Source: a virus
Length of the DNA stretch: 64,000 nucleotides
IMG/VR virus record: IMGVR_UViG_3300042090_000890
Span: 1-64,000 of that record
Direction: 5' to 3' (one strand)
Position numbers and translations under genes: made by a program
In this document: positions 55,585-64,000 of the stretch, piece after piece
Layout: every line of letters starts with the position of its first letter
Position numbering within the stretch: the first letter of the stretch is position 1
Notes under the pieces: generated by a model
Database searches by the model: none
The model's input: the letters and a program-made list of their open reading frames with translations, nothing else
Told to the model about the DNA's origin: nothing

Positions 55585-56430
55585 ATGAATAAGCCAAAAT
55601 GGACTGACCAAGACGTACAGAGCATCCTTGACAGCGTTGAAGAAACGATTGCCAAGGCCGAAGCTCTTGCGAAGGCAGATCCGGCTGATCCAGATCCGAA
55701 GGACGATAAAAATGCGCCTCCGGATCAGTCAGCTGCACCGGCTTCTTCTGACGCGCCGCCTTCCGGCGACGCTCCTCCTGCAGATGGTTCGGCAGACGGC
55801 TCTCAGCCGCCTCCGGACGGTTCGCAACCTCCGATGGACGGCTCTCAGCCGCCCGCAGAAGGCCAAGAACAACAACTTGCAGCCGAAGGACAACCTGGTG
55901 AAGACCAGCCCCTGTCTGACGAAGAGCTGGCTCAGATTTACGGATCGATGCCGCCCGACGAACTTGAGAGACATTACTCGATCATCCGACAGCAGCTCCA
56001 AGCTGCCTACAGCCAAGATCAAGGTGCCGCTCCTGCTGCTCCTGAGTCTGCTGCTCCTCCCGCTCCTGCTGCACCGGCACCGCAAGGTCCGCCGCAAGAG
56101 ATGGGCAAGTCGGAGAAAGATGTGATCGCTGCTCTCGAAAAGCGCGTGGCACAAGCCGAAGAAGCCAATCAAATGGTTGTGAAGGCTTTCGAAGCCCTCG
56201 CAAAACCGGCCCGCAAGTCGATTACCGAGATTCAGGTCATGAACAAGACCGAAATCGATAACTCGCAGCAAACCGGCCCGATGACGGTCGAGCAAGTCAA
56301 AGAGAAAGCCCGCAAGCTCTCTCCGGCCAAGCTCGAAAAGTCGGAACGTGACCTGATAAACCGCCTCTTCATCTCAGGTGAAGGTGCAGAAGAAGTTGAA
56401 CGAATTATCCACTCTAAGGGAGGGAAATAA
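55585..56430 (+). CDS. capsid scaffolding protein
   Basis: Acidic Pro/Ala/Gln low-complexity protein with coiled coil immediately before MCP. Confidence 0.7.
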   Translation: MNKPKWTDQDVQSILDSVEETIAKAEALAKADPADPDPKDDKNAPPDQSAAPASSDAPPSGDAPPADGSADGSQPPPDGSQPPMDGSQPPAEGQEQQLAAEGQPGEDQPLSDEELAQIYGSMPPDELERHYSIIRQQLQAAYSQDQGAAPAAPESAAPPAPAAPAPQGPPQEMGKSEKDVIAALEKRVAQAEEANQMVVKAFEALAKPARKSITEIQVMNKTEIDNSQQTGPMTVEQVKEKARKLSPAKLEKSERDLINRLFISGEGAEEVERIIHSKGGK

Positions 56431-56432
56431 TA

Positions 56433-57824
56433 ATGGACGATCTAGTCAAGACTCTTGAGAGTCTCGTGAAAACCTTGGAGGCCGGTAACTACAACGTAGC
56501 GCCGTCGCAGTTGGTCCAAGGATCAGCACTCCAGATCGAAAACCTTGAGCCTGTGATGCACAATGTGACGTTTGACGACAGTCACATCAAGCTTCAGAAG
56601 CTCTTCTCGGTGAAGAAAGCCAAGTCATTGCTTGTGCAGTTCAACCGCCAGCTGTCTTATGGACGGTTCGGTGGAACAGCGCAGCGTGAAGGCGCGGTTG
56701 GCGACTTGAACGTCGGCGACTATATCCGGGCTACGGTTCCGATGTGTTTCTACTCTTGTGTTGAGCGCGTAACGATCGCGGCCAACATGGTTGAGACCAT
56801 CGACGGCAAGAAAGCCGAAGACCGTGAGGCAGATAACGCCGCAATCAAATTGTCGGCGGACATCGAGTTCGACTCTTTCAAAGGAAAAGCCGATTTCTCG
56901 AACAACGGCGTTTTCGACGGCAACCCGGCCCTCATGCCGGAACTTCCGAGCATGCTCGGTCTCGACTCGCAAGTTCGCATGTCAGACATCCTCGTTTCGA
57001 CGCAGGATCTGATGTTCGCATCTTACGGATCGAACAAGTCGGTCGTTCTCTCGCAGAACGGTTCGCTTGATCAGCCGATCATCGAATCCGCAGCTCTCCG
57101 CAGCCGCATGAACATGGGTAAAGCAGAAACCATGTTCGTTGACCCGGTCATTCTGTCCGGTTACAACACCTCGGTCGCTCTCGGTACGGGCGTGAACTCG
57201 ATCCAACGGATCGTGCTCGCAGGCTCCGCACAAGACGCTACCGGTGCTGACCTTCGCAGACAGTGGGTCTCGAACGGAACAGTCGGTCTCGAAGACTCGC
57301 GCTTCTTGTCCGGCAAAACCTCGCCTCTTCGCGCAATGATCGGCAGCCCGCTCCCGCCCGCAACTGCGGTCGGCACGCCCTCCGGCTCCGGCGCTCTCAT
57401 CCCCGCTGGCACGTATGTGTACGGTGTGACGGCTGAGAACGAACGCGGTGAAGGCGTCGAGATGTTCTCGGCATCTGTTGTGGTCGCAGCTGGCCAGCAA
57501 GTGGCTCTCGTGATCGCAGGCGTTGCAGGCGCTTCGCTCTACAACGTGTATCGCGGCACTTCGGCCTCGAACGCTTACTACATCGGTCGCATCGCTGCGA
57601 ACGGTTCCGCAAGCGTGACCTTCACCGATCTCGGCAACAAGTCGCCGGGCTTCGTGACCGGTTACCTCGTCCAGAAGGACACTTGGGGATTCCACGAGTT
57701 GGCTCCGTACTCACGTATGAAGCTCGCAATCGCGGACTTGAGCGTTCCGGAAGCGCACTTCCGCTTCCTGACTCTCGCAGGCTACCAGCCTCGCAAGAAC
57801 GTCATCGTCGACAACTTGTTCTAA
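56433..57824 (+). CDS. major capsid protein (SPO1/Twort-like)
   Basis: 463 aa; KTLEAG...PSQL...AL.IENL N-arm, EG, internal beta-sandwich (TYVYGVTAEN...YNVYR...FTDLG); strong RBS and downstream terminator. Confidence 0.88.
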   Translation: MDDLVKTLESLVKTLEAGNYNVAPSQLVQGSALQIENLEPVMHNVTFDDSHIKLQKLFSVKKAKSLLVQFNRQLSYGRFGGTAQREGAVGDLNVGDYIRATVPMCFYSCVERVTIAANMVETIDGKKAEDREADNAAIKLSADIEFDSFKGKADFSNNGVFDGNPALMPELPSMLGLDSQVRMSDILVSTQDLMFASYGSNKSVVLSQNGSLDQPIIESAALRSRMNMGKAETMFVDPVILSGYNTSVALGTGVNSIQRIVLAGSAQDATGADLRRQWVSNGTVGLEDSRFLSGKTSPLRAMIGSPLPPATAVGTPSGSGALIPAGTYVYGVTAENERGEGVEMFSASVVVAAGQQVALVIAGVAGASLYNVYRGTSASNAYYIGRIAANGSASVTFTDLGNKSPGFVTGYLVQKDTWGFHELAPYSRMKLAIADLSVPEAHFRFLTLAGYQPRKNVIVDNLF

Positions 57825-57850
57825 TAGAGCAAGGTAAAAGAAAGAATTCG

Positions 57851-57884
57851 AAAAGACCCGGCCAAAAGCCGGGTTTTTCATTTT
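57851..57884 (+). terminator. intrinsic terminator, likely bidirectional
   Basis: ACCCGGC-CAAAA-GCCGGGT then TTTTCATTTT; A-run on 5' side; between convergent genes. Confidence 0.88.
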
Positions 57885-58179
57885 AAGCGGCTTTTCGTGA
57901 TACGACGCGACGCGCCTTAAAGTCCACTACAATCAGTTCGCCGGTTTTCGACGGAACGGTGATGTCGAACGAGTGGTCGCGGATCACGAACCACCGCTTA
58001 CCGCCGACCACACCGACGAATGAACATCGGAAGCCGGAAAACCCCGGCGCGATCTTCCGGACCTGCCGGATAAGTTCGTTGTTCTCGCGGGTCACTTCGA
58101 TCTTGTGGGATTTTATGCCGTACAGCATCATCTCCTCGACGATTAGATACGCCTCGTCGATAGCAGTATTGAGCATCAT
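57883..58179 (-). CDS. hypothetical protein
   Basis: AGGAGG RBS, ATGA overlap. Confidence 0.6.
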   Translation of the reverse strand: MMLNTAIDEAYLIVEEMMLYGIKSHKIEVTRENNELIRQVRKIAPGFSGFRCSFVGVVGGKRWFVIRDHSFDITVPSKTGELIVVDFKARRVVSRKAA

Positions 58180-58973
58180 GCGGCCTCCTTCAATTTTTCT
58201 TGATCTTGTTTCTTGCGCGCCTTCTCAGCTTCTTTGCCCAGGTATATTAGGTACCTAGTTTTACACCAATCTTCCAGATCGTCCAGTATCAAGCTGCGCT
58301 TACCGGCGACAATGAAGTACATGCTGCCAAGGCAAATTGCCGTAAAGCGGGCCTTTTCCCATTTCGTTTCTCGCAAAAAGAAGCCTCGCTTCAAGTCTTC
58401 GAACGTCTTTTTCAAGTGTTGGCGTTTTAGAGCCATCTTGCGCTGAAAAACTATACGCTTTGCCCAACGCGGCACCTCTGGCGGCTTAGGGTCCATGGCG
58501 GCTTGGACACCGGCCCATGCCAGCACGTTGCGCCACGATTGTACAGAGTAGAATGTCCCGGTTCGCGGGCAGACGATCGGCGCCTTCTCGTGCGGGTACC
58601 ATCTCCTCTGACCGTCGACTGTGAATGTTTCGAGGGCTTCGTGGACCTGCATTTCGGTGTGGATCTGACAGATCAACCGCTCAAAGAATCCTTCCGGGCA
58701 TACAGGATACACGTCTTCGTAGTCGAATGCCGCACGGTGGTATACCGATATCGGCTCGCCGAACTCGGTGAAGCTGTGGAATTTATTGCCGAACTGGTCC
58801 CGCCAGTCGTGGCGCGACCCTTCCGGGTCGGTGTTTGGCACCCGCCAGGTCAAAGTCAGGATGTGTTTACCCCATCCGTTTTCGTGCAGTTCGATGTTTA
58901 TACCGTACTTCTCTTTGCCAGGGAATTGACATCGATCCCACGCCCGCCTCATGTCCTCGAATATATTTCTCAT
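58176..58973 (-). CDS. hypothetical protein
   Basis: GGAG RBS and upstream promoter. Confidence 0.65.
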   Translation of the reverse strand: MRNIFEDMRRAWDRCQFPGKEKYGINIELHENGWGKHILTLTWRVPNTDPEGSRHDWRDQFGNKFHSFTEFGEPISVYHRAAFDYEDVYPVCPEGFFERLICQIHTEMQVHEALETFTVDGQRRWYPHEKAPIVCPRTGTFYSVQSWRNVLAWAGVQAAMDPKPPEVPRWAKRIVFQRKMALKRQHLKKTFEDLKRGFFLRETKWEKARFTAICLGSMYFIVAGKRSLILDDLEDWCKTRYLIYLGKEAEKARKKQDQEKLKEAA

Positions 58974-58990
58974 GGCACTCTCCAGTGTCC

Positions 58991-59058
58991 ATTATCTGAT
59001 AGTCCACTGAAATGGTCAACTATAAAATGGTAGCCAAAAACGGTTTCTGACGTATAAT
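58991..59058. promoter_or_regulatory. divergent sigma70-type promoters
   Basis: Minus: TTGACC-N17-GATAAT (59019-58991); plus: TAGCCA-N16-TATAAT (59031-59058). Confidence 0.55.
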
Positions 59059-59077
59059 GAGTCGTACAGGAGGCCAA

Positions 59078-59386
59078 ATGAGCTATATTTCAAAGAAAGA
59101 AAAGAAACGTGTCTCAAAGCTGATCACCAACAAATTATTGGCGATGGGCGTCAAGGACGAGTTGACGATGGTCGGGTCAGGGAAGACTCGCCAATTTTAT
59201 CGGAAAGACGATAAAGGCAATCTGATCACCGAGAAAGGTAAGGACGGCAAGGCTGTACCGAAGCTCTTCGACGTGGAAATGCCGATTGCAATGAACGTCC
59301 TCCGCCGGACCGTCCGCGAGCTGCGGAACCAGCCGGTGGAAGTCATCAACGCTTTTCTGAATATGCAGACCGGCCCGCAGGAGTAG
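59078..59386 (+). CDS. basic hypothetical protein
   Basis: AGGAGG RBS before ATG 59078. Confidence 0.65.
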   Translation: MSYISKKEKKRVSKLITNKLLAMGVKDELTMVGSGKTRQFYRKDDKGNLITEKGKDGKAVPKLFDVEMPIAMNVLRRTVRELRNQPVEVINAFLNMQTGPQE

Positions 59387-59387
59387 A

Positions 59388-59978
59388 ATGGCTAAGTGGA
59401 AGGAAATCGAAATCAAATGGAACGCGCGGCGAGTGCGTCGCGCTGATTTCAACAAGGCATTGAGAGCACACCTTCGCGGCAAGAAGTGGAAGCTGGTCTC
59501 GATCGCTGGTTTCGACTATTACCATATCAACGGCCCGTTCGTGCTCAGGCACCGGCATGGTGCGTCAACTAACGAGCTGACAGTCAAAGCCCGTACCTCA
59601 AATCAGTCGACTACCGTCCGGAAAGAAGTGAACGTCAAGTTGCCGCCAGACGCGTCGCCTATGCTCGTCCGCGAGATGATGGTCGAACTCGGCTTCAGTA
59701 AGATCCTGCCGATCTACAAGGACTGCGACATCTACTTCGTGAAAGACGGCAAGTACATAGTCGACATCGTGTGGTACCGCGCATCATGCAACGGCGAGCG
59801 CCGCATGGACCTGATCGAGGTAGAGATCCACAATGCCCCGATTAAAACATCGATCGAAATGCTGAACAAATGGAAGAAATTCCTTTCAGAGAACTTCGGC
59901 TTGACCGACTCCGATATCATCAACGATTCCCTATATGAAATCTACTCTGGCAAACGCTACAGGATGAGCAAATCATGA
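59388..59978 (+). CDS. CYTH/triphosphate tunnel metalloenzyme
   Basis: N-terminal EIEIK (ExExK), LR.R, LTVK, RKE, LGF, IEVE. Confidence 0.75.
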   Translation: MAKWKEIEIKWNARRVRRADFNKALRAHLRGKKWKLVSIAGFDYYHINGPFVLRHRHGASTNELTVKARTSNQSTTVRKEVNVKLPPDASPMLVREMMVELGFSKILPIYKDCDIYFVKDGKYIVDIVWYRASCNGERRMDLIEVEIHNAPIKTSIEMLNKWKKFLSENFGLTDSDIINDSLYEIYSGKRYRMSKS

Positions 59979-60214
59979 CGCAAGAAGAAGCCGTTCAACG
60001 ATTGACCGACGTCATGTTACCTCTGATCGAAAACCGCACCCGCGATGAAGGCGAATTCGAAGGTCTTTTCGCGGCAGCGGCGGACAAATTGACCAAAGAA
60101 GAGCTGTCTGCTATACTGTGTTTCGTGATAGCCGACTACGAGATTTTCTTCGACGTGTTCGAAAAGGCGGCGGAGAACTCGATACTTAAAGGCTTGAGGA
60201 GTCGCAGTGCTTAA
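59975..60214 (+). CDS. hypothetical protein
   Basis: ATGA overlap. Confidence 0.55.
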   Translation: MTQEEAVQRLTDVMLPLIENRTRDEGEFEGLFAAAADKLTKEELSAILCFVIADYEIFFDVFEKAAENSILKGLRSRSA

Positions 60215-60671
60215 CATGCAAGTTACCTTGCAGCCGAGAATAGAGTCAGATTACACAGGTTTATCCGCACACATGCTCGATCGCATGTCTCCGTACGCGA
60301 TCTTCGCTTCCAACAGAATGAAAAGCCAGACGGCCAATGCCTACCTCGCGTACATGGACTTCATCATGGAAGACCTGATCCGGCAAGACGAAAAGGCGCC
60401 GGTCATGAACACATTCGAAATGATGTTTCGCATCGAAAGCGCTTCAAGGCGGCTCCCAAAGAGAGAGTACGGGGTCAAAGACACGTTCAGCGGCAGGATG
60501 CGAGCGGACATCGAAGCGAGACGCTTCGCTTTGGAACACACGTTCGATCTGGCCATCTCCTACCGACGTTTTGAAGGATGCGTGCCGTTCTCGCACGACG
60601 AGGAAACGTTGAAAAGATTCCGCAATCAGACGATTGTGTCTCATCTTAAGTCACTATCCGAGAATCTTTGA
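60207..60671 (+). CDS. hypothetical protein
   Basis: GAGGAG RBS. Confidence 0.55.
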   Translation: MLNMQVTLQPRIESDYTGLSAHMLDRMSPYAIFASNRMKSQTANAYLAYMDFIMEDLIRQDEKAPVMNTFEMMFRIESASRRLPKREYGVKDTFSGRMRADIEARRFALEHTFDLAISYRRFEGCVPFSHDEETLKRFRNQTIVSHLKSLSENL

Positions 60672-60696
60672 CACCTGACCATAAGTTCGATATACT
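60668..60696 (+). promoter_or_regulatory. near-consensus sigma70 promoter TTGACA-N17-TATACT
   Basis: Direct reading; followed by GGAGG and ATG 60716. Confidence 0.75.
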
Positions 60697-60715
60697 GATT
60701 CAAATGGAGGAACTT

Positions 60716-61009
60716 ATGAACACAATTTTTCAAATCGCAGTGATCGTGATCGCGGGTTATGTCGCAATCGAAATCGCCACGGCCATCTACATCTACCGGA
60801 ACCGTAGGACTTTGGTCCCGCGAATACGCAGTCTTCTGCGCAGCATCCTCGGCTTGGATGTCGATCGCGTTGCAGTCGATAGCGCTCTGGACGTATTGCA
60901 TCGCAAGGTCAATTACATCGGTCGTCACACCCAGTTCGAGCGCCAGCAGCTGCGTCAGATGGGCATCTTGAAAGATGATAACGTTTTGCCCTTGCGCAGA
61001 CAACAGTAA
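60716..61009 (+). CDS. small membrane protein
   Basis: N-terminal TM helix; RBS. Confidence 0.65.
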   Translation: MNTIFQIAVIVIAGYVAIEIATAIYIYRNRRTLVPRIRSLLRSILGLDVDRVAVDSALDVLHRKVNYIGRHTQFERQQLRQMGILKDDNVLPLRRQQ

Positions 61010-61020
61010 GCTGGTATCTT
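60992..61020 (+). promoter_or_regulatory. sigma70-type promoter TTGCGC-N17-TATCTT with extended TG
   Basis: Direct reading. Confidence 0.45.
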
Positions 61021-61037
61021 TCCTCTACGGAGGCAGA

Positions 61038-61529
61038 ATGTCCAAAGTCGTTGATAATGTGATCGGAGGCGTCCTAGTGGTTGTGGCACTAGGACTCATT
61101 TTTTCGATGCAGCTTGATCTAGTCAATCGAGGTGCGTATTCGGCACCGACTCCGTCTGCAACGCCTACCATTTCACAAGTGGAACAAGTTCTGTTGGACG
61201 CGATGCACCACACGACGGATGCTGAAGCAATCATCGCTGGATGCTCTTCCGCTGCCTTACGCGACGATCGCCTCGCAGCGGGACAACTACGCACCAACGG
61301 TCAGCTGTGCGTTCATCTGACCGGCACGTTACAGCTTAAAACGTATCTTGGTTTGAATGGTACATGTCAGACCAAGGATTACCAATGCATGTTTGCGTCC
61401 GGCGTGGCATTTGTGTTGGTGTACACGCGCAACGTGCCGCAGAACGCCGAAGAGATGAAGGCCTTGGAAGGCCAGATCGATTTTGATTACAAAAGTTGGC
61501 TTGAAAACAGAAAACGAAAGGATCAATAA
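61038..61529 (+). CDS. membrane-anchored exported protein with 4 Cys
   Basis: GGAGG RBS, N-terminal TM. Confidence 0.6.
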   Translation: MSKVVDNVIGGVLVVVALGLIFSMQLDLVNRGAYSAPTPSATPTISQVEQVLLDAMHHTTDAEAIIAGCSSAALRDDRLAAGQLRTNGQLCVHLTGTLQLKTYLGLNGTCQTKDYQCMFASGVAFVLVYTRNVPQNAEEMKALEGQIDFDYKSWLENRKRKDQ

Positions 61530-62780
61530 ATGAACATGACTTCTGCGAGCACTGGCTCATTCGACAATTTGCCGACCGCCGGACAAACTCTGGTGAAAAC
61601 CTTCCCGCGACTCTTCAAGAAGGCGTCCTCCGGCGCGATTCAATACTGGGACATATTCGCTCAGCAGAGTCCCGCAGGATATGGTCTTGTAGTAACCATA
61701 TACGGCCAGCTTGGTACTCCGAACCCGCAGCGCACTTCCGACACCGTTTCGGAAGGTAAGAACCTCGGTAAGAAGAATGCCACGACCGCCTATGAGCAGG
61801 CCATCAAGCAAGCGCAAGGTAAATGGGAAAAACAGAAAAAGAACAAGGGTTACGTCGACACCGAAGAGGCCGCTCGCGCCGAGTTGGTCGATAGCACCGT
61901 CGGCGGCGGAACGTGGCCGATGCTGGCCGAGAAGTACCGCGATTATGCCAAGAAAGTGGCGTGGCCATGCTTCGTTCAGCCGAAGCTGAACGGGCACCGT
62001 TGCATTGCTACCGTAGTCGGCGGCAAAGCAACTCTTTGGAGCCGCAAGCGCAAGCCCATCACCTCGATGCCTCACATCATCGCTGAGCTGGAAGCGAACT
62101 TCACCGACGCTATCTTGGACGGCGAGCTATACAATCAGGAAATCGGCCAGACGTCGCCGGATTATACCGGTCCGAAAACGCCCGATGCAATGACGCTCCA
62201 AGAACTAAGCGGATTGGTCCGCTCGAAGGTTCCGAAAGGTCGATATGAGAAAGTTCAATACCACGTGTACGATTTGGTCAACGACGGTAAGTTCGTGGAC
62301 CGGTACGACCAGCTCACTTCTCTGATGTCACAAGTCAATTTCCAGATCGTCTGCCTCGTGCAAACGGGCTGGGTCAACGACGACGCCGCAGTCACGAAAC
62401 TGTTCGACGAAGTCCGCTCGGCTGGATACGAGGGCCTCATGCTCCGCAATGCGGATGGCCTATACATCCAGCACCCGACCAAACGATCGAAGGATCTGCT
62501 TAAGGTCAAGAAGTTCGTAGGCGACCAAGAGTTTGAGATCATCGGCATCGAAGAGGGCAACGGTAAACTGCAAGGCCACGTCGGTTCGTTCGTCTGCAAA
62601 GCAGCAAACGGAAACGTGTTCAAAGCAAAACTGGAAGGCGAATACTCTTTCCTTAAAGAGTGTTTCGAAGACCATTCGCTGTGGGAAGGAAAGATGTTGA
62701 CGGTCGAGTATTCGGAGCTGACACCTGAAGACCAGGTTCCGTTCCAAGGAGTCGGCAAAGACATTCGGGATAAAGAATGA
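61530..62780 (+). CDS. ATP-dependent DNA ligase with N-terminal WGR-like domain
   Basis: QPKLNGHR (motif I), LDGELY, YHVYD, EGLMLR, LLKVK, C-terminal OB fold. Confidence 0.9.
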   Translation: MNMTSASTGSFDNLPTAGQTLVKTFPRLFKKASSGAIQYWDIFAQQSPAGYGLVVTIYGQLGTPNPQRTSDTVSEGKNLGKKNATTAYEQAIKQAQGKWEKQKKNKGYVDTEEAARAELVDSTVGGGTWPMLAEKYRDYAKKVAWPCFVQPKLNGHRCIATVVGGKATLWSRKRKPITSMPHIIAELEANFTDAILDGELYNQEIGQTSPDYTGPKTPDAMTLQELSGLVRSKVPKGRYEKVQYHVYDLVNDGKFVDRYDQLTSLMSQVNFQIVCLVQTGWVNDDAAVTKLFDEVRSAGYEGLMLRNADGLYIQHPTKRSKDLLKVKKFVGDQEFEIIGIEEGNGKLQGHVGSFVCKAANGNVFKAKLEGEYSFLKECFEDHSLWEGKMLTVEYSELTPEDQVPFQGVGKDIRDKE

Positions 62781-63355
62781 GCAAATTTCTCGGTTACGAC
62801 ACAGAAACGGGCGGCCTGTTCGCCCGCGAACACAGCCTGCTGACGCTCTACATGGCGTCGGCGGTTCTCGAATTCGGCAAGTTCCGGGTCATCCGCGACC
62901 TGGACTTGAAAATCAAGCCGAACGAGGACGAGGCGTACTGCGTCACAGCTGGCGCACTGTCCGTCAACAAGATCGATCTTGTCAAGCACGACAAAGAAGC
63001 GATCACGATCGATGCCGCAGCCGAGAAGGTCTATTACTTCTTGAAGGAAGAATCGGAAGATGGTCGGAACAAGCTGGTCCGGATGGGGCAGAACGAACCT
63101 TTCGACAAAGACTTTCTGATCAACCATCTGCTCAAAGAGAAGATTTTACGGTTGTTCACCGATTACCACACCCGCGACACGGCGGTTGTGGCTGGTTTCC
63201 TCAAAGACAAAGGCCTTTTGCCCGGCAATGCCAGTATCAGTTTGAAAAATCTCGCAAAGGCCATGGGTATTTCCGTCCCAGATTCGGACTGGCATACCGC
63301 AAAAGGAGACGTTCATACGATGTTCAAAGTCTATGAGAGGTTCCTAACTCTATGA
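62777..63355 (+). CDS. DEDDh 3'-5' exonuclease (DnaQ-like)
   Basis: YDTETGG, QNEPFD, RDT, HTAKGD. Confidence 0.85.
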   Translation: MSKFLGYDTETGGLFAREHSLLTLYMASAVLEFGKFRVIRDLDLKIKPNEDEAYCVTAGALSVNKIDLVKHDKEAITIDAAAEKVYYFLKEESEDGRNKLVRMGQNEPFDKDFLINHLLKEKILRLFTDYHTRDTAVVAGFLKDKGLLPGNASISLKNLAKAMGISVPDSDWHTAKGDVHTMFKVYERFLTL

Positions 63356-63411
63356 AATAGCTGGCGTATCGCATATCATGATTTGTAATATGCGAATCTC
63401 ATTTTAGCGTA

Positions 63412-63440
63412 TTGCTATCCCGCCAGGTGTTTGGTATCCT
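63412..63440 (+). promoter_or_regulatory. sigma70-type promoter TTGCTA-N17-TATCCT with extended TG
   Basis: Direct reading; AAGGAG RBS downstream. Confidence 0.5.
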
Positions 63441-63476
63441 GGTATTGTTCAACACAATACTTTTAAGGAGTATCAA

Positions 63477-64000
63477 ATGTCACATGCAGTCGAAAATATG
63501 TTCTCGGTCAAGCAAGTTCCCTGGCACAACCTGGGCAAGATCATACAGGACGCTCCCACCATCGAAGAAGGAATAAAGCTGGCCGGACTCAACTGGGAAG
63601 TGGCAATGCAACCGACCTACCTCAAGGACGGTCGCAAGTTGGCCAGCCAGGCTGTGATCCGCACGTCGGACAACACCGTCCTCGGCGAAGTTGGTTCGAA
63701 GTACCATCCCCTCCAGAATTCCAAGGCATTCGAATTTTTCGAAGAATTCGTTCAGTCGGGCGAAGTCTCGCTTGAGACTGCCGGGTCTTTGGACAACGGC
63801 AAGAAAATCTGGGTTCTCGCCCAGCTGAACCGTTCTCCGATCGAAGTCGCCGCTGGCGATGAAGTCCGCAAGTATTTGTTGCTCACGAACCGTCACGACG
63901 GCGTGGCCTCTGCAATGGTCGGTTTCGCACCGATCCGGGTCGTCTGTGCAAACACTTTGGCAGCTGCCATCGGCGCAACTGATTCCGCTCTCCTCCGGGT
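63477..64000 (+). CDS. DUF932 (TIGR03299-like) phage/plasmid protein, partial
   Basis: MSHAVENMFSVKQVPWHNLG...AGLNWEV...YHPLQN..AFEFF...ETAGSL..GKKIW...NRHDG...PIRVVCANTL; runs off window so absent from the ORF track. Confidence 0.85.
   Translation, partial: MSHAVENMFSVKQVPWHNLGKIIQDAPTIEEGIKLAGLNWEVAMQPTYLKDGRKLASQAVIRTSDNTVLGEVGSKYHPLQNSKAFEFFEEFVQSGEVSLETAGSLDNGKKIWVLAQLNRSPIEVAAGDEVRKYLLLTNRHDGVASAMVGFAPIRVVCANTLAAAIGATDSALLR

Noticed and set aside
62255-63127. 290-aa minus-strand ORF
   Set aside because: Antisense shadow of the ligase and exonuclease.
63480-63896. 138-aa minus-strand ORF
   Set aside because: Shadow of the plus-strand DUF932 gene starting at 63477.
1-64000. Stop-codon reassignment
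   Set aside because: Conserved genes are full-length under the standard code and TAA, TAG and TGA all end genes at sensible positions.
1-64000. tRNA, rRNA or tmRNA genes
   Set aside because: Intergenic gaps are short and I could not identify a cloverleaf; a covariance search would be needed to exclude them fully.

Overview
This 64 kb window is part of a large, gene-dense, apparently lytic tailed dsDNA phage (Caudoviricetes) using the standard genetic code. A leftward arm (162-31377) carries accessory genes (MmcB-like nuclease, PcfJ protein, 2OG-Fe(II) oxygenase, secreted S8 and S1 proteases, a coupled def-map pair, M15 peptidase, DUF5664) and a replication/recombination block (primase, RecA, SSB, DnaE, RuvC-like, SbcC, HNH, GroEL). 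At the strand switch lies a lambda-O-like initiator gene containing an iteron array, the probable origin. The rightward arm has DnaB-like and SF2 helicases, a sigma factor, a divergent GroES and SbcD, then the head module (TerL, portal, MuF, prohead protease, a 2200-aa protein, scaffold, SPO1/Twort-like major capsid protein), then CYTH, ligase, DEDDh exonuclease and a partial DUF932 gene. The strongest candidate for an undescribed system is in the head module. The prohead protease is fused, through an ungapped copy of the major capsid protein N-terminus (20/36 identical), to a PI3/PI4K-HipA-like kinase domain, which suggests effector loading into the capsid by capsid-arm mimicry. Also notable are a virion-type protein with one domain nested inside itself three deep, an N-terminal processing/folding toolkit (PDF, MAP, GroEL/ES), and promoter motifs built from upstream stop codons. 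All product calls come from motif recognition by eye; no database search was run.
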